Source: an uncultured Chthonomonadaceae bacterium
GTDB lineage: Bacteria; Armatimonadota; Chthonomonadetes; Chthonomonadales; Chthonomonadaceae
Assembly: GCA_963817895.1 (NCBI GenBank)
Contig: CAWFQB010000001.1
Location: 160,001 to 224,000 of the forward strand
DNA length: 64,000 nucleotides
Direction: 5' to 3'
Shown in pieces: positions 32,487 to 44,200 of this stretch (within the stretch, counting starts at the first letter, position 1; every line of letters starts with the position of its first letter). The notes under the pieces were generated by a model. It did no database searches, was not told where the DNA came from, and worked only from the letters and a program-made list of their open reading frames with translations. Made by a program: the position numbers and the translations under genes.

Positions 32487-33419
32487 ATGAAATCGGGACA
32501 CGATGACAAGCGCATGGAACTGACCGAGCATCTGGGCGAACTGCGGACGCGCATCATTCGTTGCATCTGGTATCTGTTGATCGGTTCCATTCTCGCGTAC
32601 CAGTTCTTCACGCCGATTTACGAGTTCATGTACGCGCCGCTGCATCAATGAGATCAACCGCCTGAACAACACGCGCACCATTGCCGAAGCCAAAAAGCAG
32701 ATCAGACGTGGATAATCCGCCGTTCGATCCGCTGAACATGCCCAAGCCGCATAATCCGCCCACTGCGGACGATTTGCATGGCGCGGGATCAGGTGATCGC
32801 ATGGATTTACACGCATCCCGCTACGCCGCCCATGACGGGAGAAGCGTTTCACGGCTTCCACGAGATGTTCATGGTGCGCCTGCAGCTCAGCGTGATTATC
32901 GGCTTTATTTTCGTCACGCCGCTGATGATCCGCGAGATCGCGCTGTTCATTCTGCCCGCCCTGACGCCGCAGGAACGCCGTCCGCTGAAGTATCTGGTTC
33001 CGGTTTCCATTTTCTGCCTGCTGTTCGGCATCAGTGTCGCGTATGCCACGCTGTTCTTTGCGATGCGCTGGTTTCTGTCGTATCTGGGCGATTTCCCGCA
33101 CGGCGCGACCCTGCTGCAAGACCCCGGCGAGTACATTCTGTTCTTCGTCAAGATGATGGCCGCGTTCGGCTTCGCGTTTCAGTTGCCGGTTCTGCTGATG
33201 GCGGGCGCGTTCGTCGGCATGGTCACTTCGGAGGGGTTGATCAAGCACTGGCGCTGGGGCGTCGTGATCGCCGTCCTGGGCGGCGTGTTCACGCCCTCCA
33301 ACGACGTGATCTCGATGGCGCTGATGGCGATTCCGCTGCTGCTGCTCTACTTCGGCAGCATCTTCCTGGTCAAAATGGTGGAGCGCATGAAGGCAAGGGA
33401 TCGTTTCAAGCCCGCATAG
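32487..33419 (+). CDS. tatC: Twin-arginine translocase subunit TatC (frameshifted in the periplasmic loop)
   Basis: MELTEHLGELRTRIIR, FILPALTPQERR, AFGFAFQLP, GVFTPSNDVISMALMAIPLLLLY. Confidence 0.93.
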
Positions 33420-33431
33420 ATTTTCAGAGAA

Positions 33432-33581
33432 TAGCCGCGAATGAACGCGAATAAACGCGAATGGCTCAGGTTAGAGACATAGGGCTTCGAGAATTAATAC
33501 GATATTTGAAATGTTATTTTCGTGCCCTCGCCTGCCTCTCAACTTTTAACATTCGCGTTTATTCGCGTTCATTCGCGGCTA
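33432..33581. repeat. Inverted pair of 10-mer tandem repeats (third copy at 55921-55952)
   Basis: TAGCCGCGAATGAACGCGAATAAACGCGAATG at 33432-33463 and its exact reverse complement at 33550-33581. Confidence 0.85.
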
Positions 33582-33590
33582 AATGGAATT

Positions 33591-35904
33591 ATGGATTTTA
33601 CCGGCTATCTTTCGGATTTGCGGCGCGCGCCTTTTTACAAGGGGCAGATCGCGCATGTGCAGCACATTCCGGCGCGGCCTGCCGCGTATGGCGAGTTGGA
33701 ACGCCCGCTGCATCCGCAATTTGCAGGAGAAACTGGAGCGCGCAGGGCATCGCGCGGCTGTTCTCGCATCAGGCGGAAGCGGTCAACGCGGCGCGCGATG
33801 GCGAACACGTCACCGTCGTCACCGCGACGGCCAGCGGCAAGACCCTGTGCTACAATCTGCCCGTGATAGACGCCGTTTTGAACGACCCCGCTGCCCGCGC
33901 CTTTTATCTGTTCCCCACCAAAGCCCTTGCGCAGGATCAACTGGGCAAACTCAACGACTTCGGCTTGTTCCCCACCGTCCGCTTTGCCACGTACGACGGC
34001 GACACGCCCGCGCAAGAGCGCCGCTACATCAAAAAGGGCGCGCACATCGTTCTGACCAACCCCGACATGCTGCACGTCGGCATTCTGCCCTACCACACCA
34101 CTTGGAGCGCGTTTCTCGCCAACCTCAAATACGTGGTCGTGGACGAGATGCACACGTACCGGGGCGTGTTCGGGGCGCACGTCGCCCATATTCTGCGCCG
34201 TCTGCGCCGCGCCTGCGCGTTTTACGGGGCCGACCCGCAGTTTCTGTGCTGCTCCGCCACCATCGCCAACCCCGACGAACTGACCGAACGCGCTGACCGG
34301 CGTGGAACGTCCCATCATCGTAGACCAGAACGGCGCGCCGAGCGGGCCGCGCACGTTCGTCTTCTGGAACCCGCCGTTTGTGGATCAGGATCAGTCGGCG
34401 CGGCGCAGCGCGAACATGGAGGCGACGAGCCTGTTCACCGATCTGGTGTCGCAGGGCGTCCGCAACATCACGTTCGCCAAAGCCCGCAAAAGCGCGGAAC
34501 TGATTTTGCGCTACGCCCGCAACGCCTTCGAACGGACCGACCCGCATCTGTGCTCGCGCATCACGTCGTACCGGGCGGGCTATACCGATCAAGGAGCGGC
34601 GGCACATCGAGCAGGGGCTGTTTTCCGGGCGGATCATCGGCGTCACGTCCACCAACGCGCTGGAACTGGGCGTGGATGTGGGCGGTCTGGACGCGACCGT
34701 GATGACCGGCTATCCCGGCACGATTGCCAGCACCTGGCAGCAGGCGGGGCGGGCGGGACGCGGCGGCGAGGAGTCGCTTTCCATTCTGGTGGCGCATCGA
34801 CAACCCGCTGGATCAGTTCCTGATGCGCCATCCCGACTACTTTTTCGGCAGGCCGCACGAAAGAGCCGTCGTAGACCCGGACAACCGGCGTATTCTGGCG
34901 CAGCATCTGCTGTGCGCCGCTTACGAGCGCGCCGATCACCTGGCAGGATTTGCCGCGCTTCGGCCCGAACGCGAAAGGCGCGCTGGACACGCTGGAAGAG
35001 GAGCGCAAAGTTTTTTATCGGGAGCAGAAGTGGCATTTCGGCGGGCGGCGATTATCCCGCCGCAGCCGTCAATATCCGCTCGGCTTCGGACGGCGCGTAC
35101 CGCATTGTGGACGAGGAGAACGGCGGGCGGCTGATCGGCACGGTCGAAAGCAATATCGCCTTCAAGACCGTGCATCCGGGCGCGATCTATCTGCATCTGG
35201 GCGAAACGTATCTGGTCGAGCGGCTGGACATTGACGCCAAAACCGCTTATGCGCGTCCCGTCGAAGCCAATTACTACACGGAAGCGCGCGAAAACTCGCA
35301 TATTCTGATTCTGGACACGCGGCAGCGAGCGGGAATTGGGCAACACGAAGGCGTACTTTCGGCGAAGTGGTCGTGACCAACCGCGTGACTGGGCTTTCGG
35401 CGCAAGAAACTGTACAGCGACGAGGTGCTGGAAGTCGAGGATTTGGAACTGCCGGAGCAGACCTTCGAGACGGAGGCGTTCTGGTTCACGGTTCCCGCCG
35501 AAATGATGCAAGCGCTGGTGAAGGAGGGCGTGCGAACTGGGCGGCAGCATTCATGCCGTCGAACACGCGGCCATCGGCATGATGCCCCTGCTCTCGACCT
35601 GCGACCGTTGGGACGTGGGCGGCGTGTCGCACCCGCGAACATCCCGACACCGCCCTGCCGACGATCTTCATTTACGACGGCTATCCGGGCGGCGTGGGCA
35701 TTGCGGAAGCGACCTATGCGCAGTCTGCGCGAACTGCTCGGCGCGACCCACGCCATCATCGCGGACTGCCCCTGCGCGGACGGCTGCCCCTCCTGCGTCC
35801 AATCGCCCAAGTGCGGCAACAACAACGAACCCCTCGACAAAAGCGGCGCGCAACGCCTGCTGGAAGTGCTGCTCGGCCTGGAAACGCGCGTCCTTGCCGC
35901 ATAA
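33591..35904 (+). CDS. DEAD/DEAH-box helicase with C-terminal DUF1998 (MrfA/SftH/Hrq1 family); many frameshifts
   Basis: [68 protein letters not shown]. Confidence 0.92.
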
Positions 35905-36125
35905 ATGTTCTCACGGCAAAAGAGGCATCTACCGCTGCTTTTCAGGCGTATAGCCGAGGTTGACCCGTTTACGTACCTGATTTTTGAAGTTTTTTCTGAA
36001 ACAAGCCCGCTGCAAGGCGGGTTGGCATGAATTGTGCAATAAAGGTGTATGTAGGAACGAAGGGATCGCTATTTTCCTGGTTCCATGCTCACTAACTAAT
36101 GTACTCACGCAGGAGGCTGGAACCC

Positions 36126-36869
36126 ATGGTTTACCAACGTTCGCTTCAATTCGCTTTCGCGGCAAGCCTGTGCTTGCTTGTTGCCGGAACCCCCGCGCGC
36201 GCGGACCTGGTGACGGACGCCGCCAGTATCCTCGCTCCCCAAAACGTGGTGGACTTCAGCCAGTTTTCCGGGGTATCCACATTTTTCGGACCCGATTTCC
36301 GCTCTACTCCGGTTCAAATTGGTAGAAGTATTGGCGAAAACATCCTCTGGTCGTCAACCGATCCGACTTCGTTTCTCGGGGACGATGGGGGCAATCCGAT
36401 CTTTGCCTATGATTTATCTCCTAACGGTTTCTGGGATGACGGTCGGGCAGGTTTTAGCGCTCTGGATGTGGTGTCAGGCACGATGACATACACCTTCCGC
36501 AACCCGGTCAGCGCAGTGGGCGGTTTTATAAACTACTCTCCTGATCCGACGACTTTTGTAACAATCGCCGCGCTGGACAGCAACGGCAACATCCTTGAGT
36601 CCTATGAGATTACCAGTCTGGCTCCCATTTCTACGCCGGGAGAAATGGATGCCGGCGCGTTTCGCGGCATTGCGCTTTCCAGCGCCGTTATTGCCGCGTT
36701 TCAAGTGTCGGACTCCTACGTGGCTCTGGACGACCTGACTTTCAGCCGTACCTCTTCCGTGCCGGAACCGTCCACGCTGGTTCTGTTCGCCGCATCGGGG
36801 CTGTCGGGGATTGTCATGTTACGCCGCAAGCGGGGCGCAAAAACATCTCCTCAACCCTGCCGCGAATAG
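36126..36869 (+). CDS. PEP-CTERM protein
   Basis: AGGAGG RBS; signal peptide (ARA); VPEPSTLVLFAASGLSGIVMLRRKR. Confidence 0.9.
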   Translation: MVYQRSLQFAFAASLCLLVAGTPARADLVTDAASILAPQNVVDFSQFSGVSTFFGPDFRSTPVQIGRSIGENILWSSTDPTSFLGDDGGNPIFAYDLSPNGFWDDGRAGFSALDVVSGTMTYTFRNPVSAVGGFINYSPDPTTFVTIAALDSNGNILESYEITSLAPISTPGEMDAGAFRGIALSSAVIAAFQVSDSYVALDDLTFSRTSSVPEPSTLVLFAASGLSGIVMLRRKRGAKTSPQPCRE

Positions 36870-36914
36870 CGCCACCGGGCAGCAAACCCAAAATAAAATC
36901 GGGAAATACACAAA

Positions 36915-36941
36915 ACGGCCTCGAACACTGTTCGAGGCCGT
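36915..36941. terminator. Hairpin downstream of the PEP-CTERM gene
   Basis: ACGGCCTCGAACA / TGTTCGAGGCCGT inverted repeat. Confidence 0.5.
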
Positions 36942-37125
36942 CGAGCTATGGGATGGGTTAACCAGAAATCAAACCTGTCAGGCCATGCCTCTTCTGCCGG
37001 GTATATGCCTCCCGGTTCAAATGGGGTATGCTATGACTATCAGCGCAACCGCAACAAAACGCAAGCGCAATTCATAAAGAAGCAGCCACCTGAATTTGGT
37101 TTATCCGGCAGAGGTTTTAAGGCGC

Positions 37126-37882
37126 ATGACGACACAGGAACAGCACGATACGCATGAAGAAATAAACAGCCCGATTATGGCAGGCACGGTGCGCCTGCTG
37201 GAACGGCTGGACAACTGGGCGCATGTCATTGTCGCCGCGTTCTTCATCCTGATGGCGTCTACGGTTATCATTCACATGGGCTTTATTTTTCTGCGCCAGC
37301 TTCCCCTGATTGCGCCCGCGTCCACCAACAGCGAAGCGAAATCGCAAATGGAAACGGTTGTCGCGCCCCATTCCGCCGAAACCGTCAAAACTCCCTCCGG
37401 CGCGGAAACCACAGTGGGACATACCGCCGAGTCCGAACCCGGAAAAGCATCCACGCCCGACGAGGCTATGCCGTTGAAAGCGCATACCGAGATGGCGCGC
37501 GCTTCGGGCGAACATGGAGCGGAACATACGGCGGAAACGGCAGACCCGTTCGTGAAGAACAGTCTGGAACTGCTGAGTAACATCCTCTTTGTGGTTATTC
37601 TGCTGGAACTGCTGCGCACCATCATCACGTACCTGCAAACACACGACATTCAGGCAATCATGCAGGAGTTTCTCGTGGTCGGCATCATCTCCAGCGTCCG
37701 CAAAATCCTGCTCGTGGGCGCGGAAGCCTCCCTGAGCAGCAACAAAAGCGTAATGGAATTCATTCAGAGAATCAACGGGCGTCGTAATAGACATCCTCGG
37801 CATCCTGCTGCTGATTCTCGGTCTTGTCCTGCTCAAACGCGCCTTCGGCAACAAAGTCCAAAAGGAACCGGGAGAAGCCTGA
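37126..37882 (+). CDS. PsiE-family (phosphate-starvation-inducible E-like) membrane protein; +1 frameshift near 37768
   Basis: ILFVVILLELLRTI, EFLVVGIISSVRKIL; the last TM helix GVVIDILGILLLILGLVLLKR lies in the shifted frame ending TGA 37882. Confidence 0.8.
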
Positions 37883-37905
37883 TTGTTCGTTATTCGGAGT
37901 TCGCC

Positions 37906-38958
37906 ATGAAAATTCAACTGCAATCCCTGCGCGTCGTCAATTGCGGCCCCTTAGATAACGTCTGCATCGAATTCAACACCAACGGCGACAGCCCTGTAAC
38001 CGTCCTCGCCGGCGCAAACGGCAGCGGCAAAACCACGGTTTTGAGATTGATTGCTGCTCTTGCCAACACGTTGAGCCAGCCCTCTATGGTTCCTGCGGAT
38101 GAAGACGCGCGCCTGCTTGATAGCGCTGATTACGTCGAAATGAGTCTGCTGGTAGACAATGAACGTTTTGATGTGTTTTATGGACAGGAACAGGATGACG
38201 ATGAAGAGGACCAAAACGACCGTCCACGCGCTAACTACTTTGGCACTACCCTTGCCATAAGACACAACAGAATGGCAGCATCACTACGCAGACGCACGAA
38301 TCGGGTGATGGATGGACACATTCAGCAAAAACTCCGAGACGCCATCCGAGAGCAGGAAGATAAGTTGCTAATCGAAGAAGATCGAAGCAAATTTCAAGAG
38401 CAAGGTGCAGATTATGTGCCGTCTATTTTGTATTTTCCGCATGAACGTGGATTAATACGAATAACTGGAAGAGCGGTAAGACGTGAACACGTCAAATATA
38501 AATGGGTGTACGGCTATGAAAGTAGCCGCGCTTTTGCTCAGTCTTTAGATAGTTACCTGATCTGGCAGGAATATGCTGAACCAGAGTTGTACGCGCGCAC
38601 CATAGACTTTTTGAACAGTTTGGATTTGGAGGGCAAAAAATTTAGTGTGGAGCGTAAGGAACTACGCGCTATTGTGACGACCAAAGACGGGCAGACACAT
38701 GGTGTTGCGGAACTGAGTTCCGGCGAACAGAACATTCTCATTATCATGGCGGAATTGCGCCGTCGTTTGTTGCCGTACAGCATTGTTCTCATTGATGAAA
38801 TCGAAAACAGTTTGCATGTTGCCTATCAGCACCTACTGGGGCAGGGATTAAAACAACTACAGAAACAAATCCCATTCCAACTTATTGTAACTACCCATTC
38901 TACCGAGATCGCGCGTATCTTTGGGGCGGAAACGGTACGCATTCTAACGGAGTTTTGA
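37906..38958 (+). CDS. ABC-type (AAA_15/AAA_21-like) ATPase, AriA-like
   Basis: Own RBS and ATG; GANGSGKT, LSSGE, IVLIDEIE, TTHS. Confidence 0.88.
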   Translation: MKIQLQSLRVVNCGPLDNVCIEFNTNGDSPVTVLAGANGSGKTTVLRLIAALANTLSQPSMVPADEDARLLDSADYVEMSLLVDNERFDVFYGQEQDDDEEDQNDRPRANYFGTTLAIRHNRMAASLRRRTNRVMDGHIQQKLRDAIREQEDKLLIEEDRSKFQEQGADYVPSILYFPHERGLIRITGRAVRREHVKYKWVYGYESSRAFAQSLDSYLIWQEYAEPELYARTIDFLNSLDLEGKKFSVERKELRAIVTTKDGQTHGVAELSSGEQNILIIMAELRRRLLPYSIVLIDEIENSLHVAYQHLLGQGLKQLQKQIPFQLIVTTHSTEIARIFGAETVRILTEF

Positions 38959-39788
38959 TGGTGAAGCGTACCATGCGGGTTGTAAAAGCAAAGCCACCGG
39001 ATATAGCAACGCTGCTTCTTGAACTAGGCCGCCGCCGTCTGGTTTTATTGGAAGGTGACAGCGATTTTGACGCTTTGAACGAGTGGTTTTTAGAGCATGA
39101 AAGACGAATTATGTTCCATGTTCCGGGCGGTGGTTGGCGTGGCGTGGAAACCTTCCTACAGCAAGTGTTGGCAGAGGGCGTTACGGAACGAGTATTCGGC
39201 ATCATTGACCGTGACTTTCGTGACGAGGTGGAAGTTGAAAATAGCCTGAGCGACCCGGTAAGTCACCTGTTTATTTTGCGCCGCTACGCCATTGAAAACT
39301 ATCTGCTGGAACCGGAAGCCCTACAGGAAGAATTGCGCGTTTTCTATGGCGCGAAGTTTGTAGTTCCCGATGTGAGCGTACTACGCGGCGAACTGCTGAG
39401 AATGTGTCAGGAACTTTGTACGGCGATGGCGGCGCAATGGACACTGTTGGAAAGTGGCGGCGAGTTTCTGCCGGACGGCTTTAACATCAGCAGACGGGAA
39501 TTGGTTGTACTGCAAGTGGCGGCGCGACTCGGCATTGACGCGACAGACGCGGAACAGCGCGTAGCCGCAAAGGAAGCGTTGATTGCGCCTAATCTGACGA
39601 CATTGGAAGCGGCACACGCCTGCATTGACGGCAAGTTTCTGATACACAAGGTCTACGACAAGTATATTCATGCCGTCGGCAGCGGCTTTGTCAAAGACCA
39701 CTTGTTCCGGCTTCTGGTACGAACCGTCAAACAGCAGGGCGTACATGTAGACATAAGGGACATAGTTGAGGGTAAAATCTTAACATGA
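38958..39788 (+). CDS. TOPRIM-like DUF4435 protein, AriB-like
   Basis: TGATG coupling to the ATPase; LVLLEGDSD, FGIIDRDF, YAIENYLL, IDGK motifs. Confidence 0.8.
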   Translation: MVKRTMRVVKAKPPDIATLLLELGRRRLVLLEGDSDFDALNEWFLEHERRIMFHVPGGGWRGVETFLQQVLAEGVTERVFGIIDRDFRDEVEVENSLSDPVSHLFILRRYAIENYLLEPEALQEELRVFYGAKFVVPDVSVLRGELLRMCQELCTAMAAQWTLLESGGEFLPDGFNISRRELVVLQVAARLGIDATDAEQRVAAKEALIAPNLTTLEAAHACIDGKFLIHKVYDKYIHAVGSGFVKDHLFRLLVRTVKQQGVHVDIRDIVEGKILT

Positions 39789-41077
39789 GAAAGACCACTT
39801 TAGGGTTCGGCTTGTTGATAATGCTAGTTGGCCTGTCACTGCCAACGAATATACTGGCGCAGGCTGTTCACGCGAAACTGATGGAGGCGGGCGCATCCGC
39901 GAAAATGAGCGGGGTTCGGCCCCGCCCGCTGGACTTTACGGCGCAAAAGCCCGACCGCATCAAGAAGCTACCCAACGGGATTGAAAAACCGCTGTATGGC
40001 AGGCTGACGATGGGGAATGTGGACGCGCCGACGGGATTCGATGCCGTGATGGACAGCGCGGCAGAAGGGGAACCGCGCGTCTGGATTGATACCAATGGCA
40101 ACGGCGACCTGACCGATGATCCGCCCATTGTCTGGAAGAAAAGCGCGTACCAATCCTTTGATGGCACTCCGCTTGCCCTGTATACGGGCAGCGTGGTTCT
40201 TCCCGTCCGCTATGGGGGTACGCCTGTTCCGCTGCGCATCAACCTGCTGCGTTACGACCCCAGTGATCCGAGCCGCGACCTGCTGCGAAACACTCTCCTG
40301 TGCCTGCCGGATTACGCTCGCGAATTCGACCTGACGCTTGGCGCGAAAACCTATCACGCGCTTCTGGTGGATATACTGGGGCAGGGGGATTTTCGGGGCA
40401 GGCGCGACCAGCCGAACTCCGGCGTCCATCTGTATATTGATGTCAATGGCAACGGGCAGTTCGATGCGCGGGGCGAAATCTATGACGCCGCCCACCCGTT
40501 CACCATCAAGGGCGTCACCTACGAACTCGCCAACATACCGCCCGATGGCGCGAATTTCAACGTGATAAAATCGCCGCGCATCGTGCCGGAAGTGCTGCCG
40601 CCGCCCGATCTGCGCGTGGGCAAAACCGTTCCCGCCTTCACGCAAAAGCGATTGGACGGCAAACCTGTTCGCTTTCCGCAGGATTACAAAGGCAAAATCG
40701 TTCTGCTGTACTTCTGGGCGTCGTACTGCCCCGATTGCTCTGCCGAAATCCCCTACGTCCGTAACGCCTACAAGCAGTTCCACGAGCGGGGGTTGGACAT
40801 TCTGGGCATCAGCGTAGACCCGCCTGCCGGAACCCTGACCGGCGCGAACGGACTGGCCTTCGACAAGTACATCGTCGCCAGCCATATCACATGGCCGCAG
40901 GTTTATGAGGGCAAGTGGATGGACGGCGACATCCCGCATCTGTACTTCATCCAGAACATCCCCACCCCGTTCCTCGTGGACGGCACAACAGGCAAAATTC
41001 TGGCGCTCGGCGACGACCTCAAAGGCGCGAAACTCGCCACAACCCTGCAAACCGCGCTAACACAAAAGAAAGATTGA
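39785..41077 (+). CDS. Exported TlpA-like thiol:disulfide oxidoreductase with EF-hand-like N-terminal loops
   Basis: GKIVLLYFWASYCPDC; DTNGNGDLTDD and DVNGNGQFD loops; signal peptide. Confidence 0.88.
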   Translation: MRKTTLGFGLLIMLVGLSLPTNILAQAVHAKLMEAGASAKMSGVRPRPLDFTAQKPDRIKKLPNGIEKPLYGRLTMGNVDAPTGFDAVMDSAAEGEPRVWIDTNGNGDLTDDPPIVWKKSAYQSFDGTPLALYTGSVVLPVRYGGTPVPLRINLLRYDPSDPSRDLLRNTLLCLPDYAREFDLTLGAKTYHALLVDILGQGDFRGRRDQPNSGVHLYIDVNGNGQFDARGEIYDAAHPFTIKGVTYELANIPPDGANFNVIKSPRIVPEVLPPPDLRVGKTVPAFTQKRLDGKPVRFPQDYKGKIVLLYFWASYCPDCSAEIPYVRNAYKQFHERGLDILGISVDPPAGTLTGANGLAFDKYIVASHITWPQVYEGKWMDGDIPHLYFIQNIPTPFLVDGTTGKILALGDDLKGAKLATTLQTALTQKKD

Positions 41078-41199
41078 ACCACCAAGACGCCAAGAACACC
41101 AAGAGGAAGAAAAGAAAAGGAGAAACAGACACATATCTGTTTGCAATCCTGTCTGTATTCCCTTTTCCTCTACTTGGTGTTCTTGGCGTCTTGGTGGTT
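41078..41199. repeat. Inverted pair of 9-mer tandem repeats
   Basis: AACCACCAAGACGCCAAGAACACCAAG / CTTGGTGTTCTTGGCGTCTTGGTGGTT. Confidence 0.8.
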
Positions 41200-41212
41200 C
41201 AAACATACTCTC

Positions 41213-44200
41213 GTGCAATTAAAGAAACTTCAACTGCTGGGCTTCAAGACGTTTGCGGACAAGACTGAGATTGATATTGATCAGGGCTTGACCGCGATTG
41301 TCGGGCCGAATGGCAGCGGTAAATCCAATATTGTTGACGCTCTGCTTTGGGTGTTGGGCGAGCAGAATCCGCGCCTGTTGCGGGGCAATAACGCGCAGGA
41401 CGTGATTTTTGCGGGAACCGACAAGCGCAAGCCGCTGGGGTTGGCCGAGGTGAAACTGACGGTAGACAATAGTGACCGCGCCCTGCCGATTGACTTTGCC
41501 GAAGTGGTGATTACCCGGCGGGTGTACCGGTCGGGCGAAAGCCAATACCTGCTGAATAACGCGCCGTGCCGCCTGAAAGACATTGTGGAACTGTTCATGG
41601 ATACGGGCGTCGGCAAGGGCGCGTATTCGTTTGTCAGCCAGTCGGAGATTGACGCCGTGCTGTCGGCGCGGGCCGAAGATCGGCGCGAATTGTTCGAGGA
41701 GGCGGCGGGCATCAAAAAGTACCGCGTGAAGAAGCGGGAAGCCCTGCGCAAACTGGAGTCGGCGGAAGTGAATCTGAACCGCGTCCGCGATATTCTGCAC
41801 GAACTGGAAGCGCAGCGCGAGCCGATGGAAAAGCAGGCGTTGAGCGCGAAACGCTTTTTAGGCTTGCAGGAGCGACTGCACGAAATCGAAGTGGGCCTTC
41901 TGGTGGCCGAAGTGAAGAAGGCGGATTATGAACTATACGCCGCCCGAACCGAGCGCGGGGACGATCAGGCCGCGCTGCTGAAATACGACGCGGAACTGGC
42001 GCGATTGGAGCGCCTGGCAAGCGAAGTCGGGGAGCGGCTGGCGCAAACCGAGGGCGAAATGGACGCGGTTCGATTGGGGCAGCAAAACGCCCTGCAAACC
42101 GTCGAGCGCACGGAAAGCCAACTCGCCTTGATGACGGAGCGGGGGCAGTCGGCGCAACGCAACGCGGAACAACTGGCGCGCGAACTGACCGAAATCGTGG
42201 AGCGGATCGCGCGGCTGACAGACAGCATCGAAATAGATCAGGCCGACCGGGTGGAAGCGGAAGGGCAGGAAACGGAGAAGCGGCACGAGTGGGCGGCGCA
42301 GAAAGCCTCGCTTGTCGAACTTGAATCCGCAGTGACGCAGGCCATGCGCGACATGGAAACGCGGCAAAGCGAACGGATGCGACTGGCGCAGGAGCGGGCG
42401 GGACGCGAAGCGCAGCTAAAAGCGTCCGGCGACCGTCTGGCCGACGCGCAAACGCGGGCCGAACGCCTGCAAACGGAAGCCAACGCGCTTAATGCCGCGA
42501 TAGACGAGGCGCAGAGCAGGGAACGGGAAGCGTTGGCGGCGCGTGACGAGCGAACCGCGCAGCGGGAAGCAAAAGCCGTTACAAGGCGCGAAGTGGAAGC
42601 GCGGCAGCAGCAAATCCAATCGGAACAGGCCACAACGCGGCAGGCGTTGGAAAATTCGCGGCGAACAATGGCCGAGCAGTCCGCCCGATTATCCACCCTG
42701 ACCGAGTTGCAGGAAAACCACGAGGGGTTTTATCAGGGCGTTCGCGCCGTGCTGAACGGACACAAGAAGGGACAACTGCGCGGGCATTACAAAGCCGTCG
42801 TAGACCTGCTCACCGTGCCGGAACCGTATCGCGTCGCCATCGAAGTGGCGCTTGGCGGCAGCCTTCAAGACGTGGTCACGCTGACCGAAAGCGAAGCCAA
42901 AGCGGGTATTCAGTGGCTCAAAGACAACAGAGCCGGACGCGCTACGTTCCTTGCCATACCTTTATTGCGCCCCGGCGCGAAAATGCAATTACCCGCAATC
43001 GCCAATCGTCAATCGTCAATCGAAAATGCTATGAATCTGGTGGACTTCGCGCCGGAGTATGAGACGGTTGCGCAGTATTTGCTGGGGCGCGTGCTGGTCG
43101 TGGATACGATGGATGAGGCCATTGCCGCGTCTCGACGGTTGACGGGGTGGAGCAAGATCGTTACTTTGGAGGGGGAATTGCTGTCGCCGGGTGGGGCTTT
43201 GACGGGCGGTTCCTTACAGGGTAAAGGAGCGCATCTGGTCGGGCGCAAGGGTGAAATGGACGATTTACGCGCCCGCCTGCCCCACGTTCGGGCCGATGTG
43301 GAGCGGCTGGCACTCCAAACGGAAAGCCATGTTCGGGGTTTGCAGCAGTTGGAAGCGGAGCGCGGCGAACTGCTGAAGGAAGAATCGCGCTTGCAGGCGG
43401 AAATCGCCTCGCAGGAGAGCGCGCGTAACGCGGCGGAGCGGGAAGGCAGGCGGCTGCTTCAGGATAAAACAGGGCGCGACAATACGCAGGCGAACCTGAA
43501 CGCGCAAATTACATCGTTGCAGGCGGATGTGCAGCGGTTGACGCAGCAGTTGGAAGCAGGACGGGCGGAAAACGTCACTTCGGATGACGCGCTTGCCGCC
43601 CTGAACGACGAAACCCGCGCCCTGATTACGCGGCGGGACGAGTGCCGGAGCCGGACGGTCGCGCTGGAAGTGGAAGTGAGCCGCCTGCGCGAAAAGCGGG
43701 AGGGATTGACCCGCGCCGTCGCTTCGGATCGCGCTACGCTTGTGGGCTTGCAAAATCAGCAAAACCAGAAACGGATGCAGCAGGACACGACGCAGGCGCA
43801 GGGCGTGGACGCGGTTGCCGAACGCGCCCGTTTAGTTGAACAACTGGCCCACGCCCGCGAACATCTCAAAGTGGTGGAAGCGGATTGGGCGCAGTGGCGC
43901 GACCGGCGGCAAAAATTGCTCAACGAGAGTTTTGAAACCAATTCCGCCATCAAGCAGATCGCGCAGCGGCGAACCGATGTCACCACGAACCTGCACGATA
44001 CGGAACTGCGTCTTGCCCGTCTGGAAGTGCAAATGGCGCAGGCGACGGAACGGCTTCAGGAAGAGTACAGCATTTCCCGCGAGGACGCTCTGGCCCGCCC
44101 GGATGATACCGCTATTGACAAGAATACCGCAATGGAAGTCAGTCGTTTGCGGCGTGAACTGCGGGCAATGGGGCAGGTGAACACGGGCGCGATTGGCGAG

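Noticed and set aside
33591..35904. DUF1998 helicase as part of a DISARM or Druantia defence system
   Set aside because: Single-chain MrfA/SftH-type repair helicase next to tatC, with no drm or dru partner genes nearby
37096..38958. Apparent novel PsiE-membrane/ATPase fusion (620 aa)
   Set aside because: A +1 frameshift near 37768 hides the last TM helix and stop of the PsiE gene, and the ATPase has its own RBS and ATG at 37906
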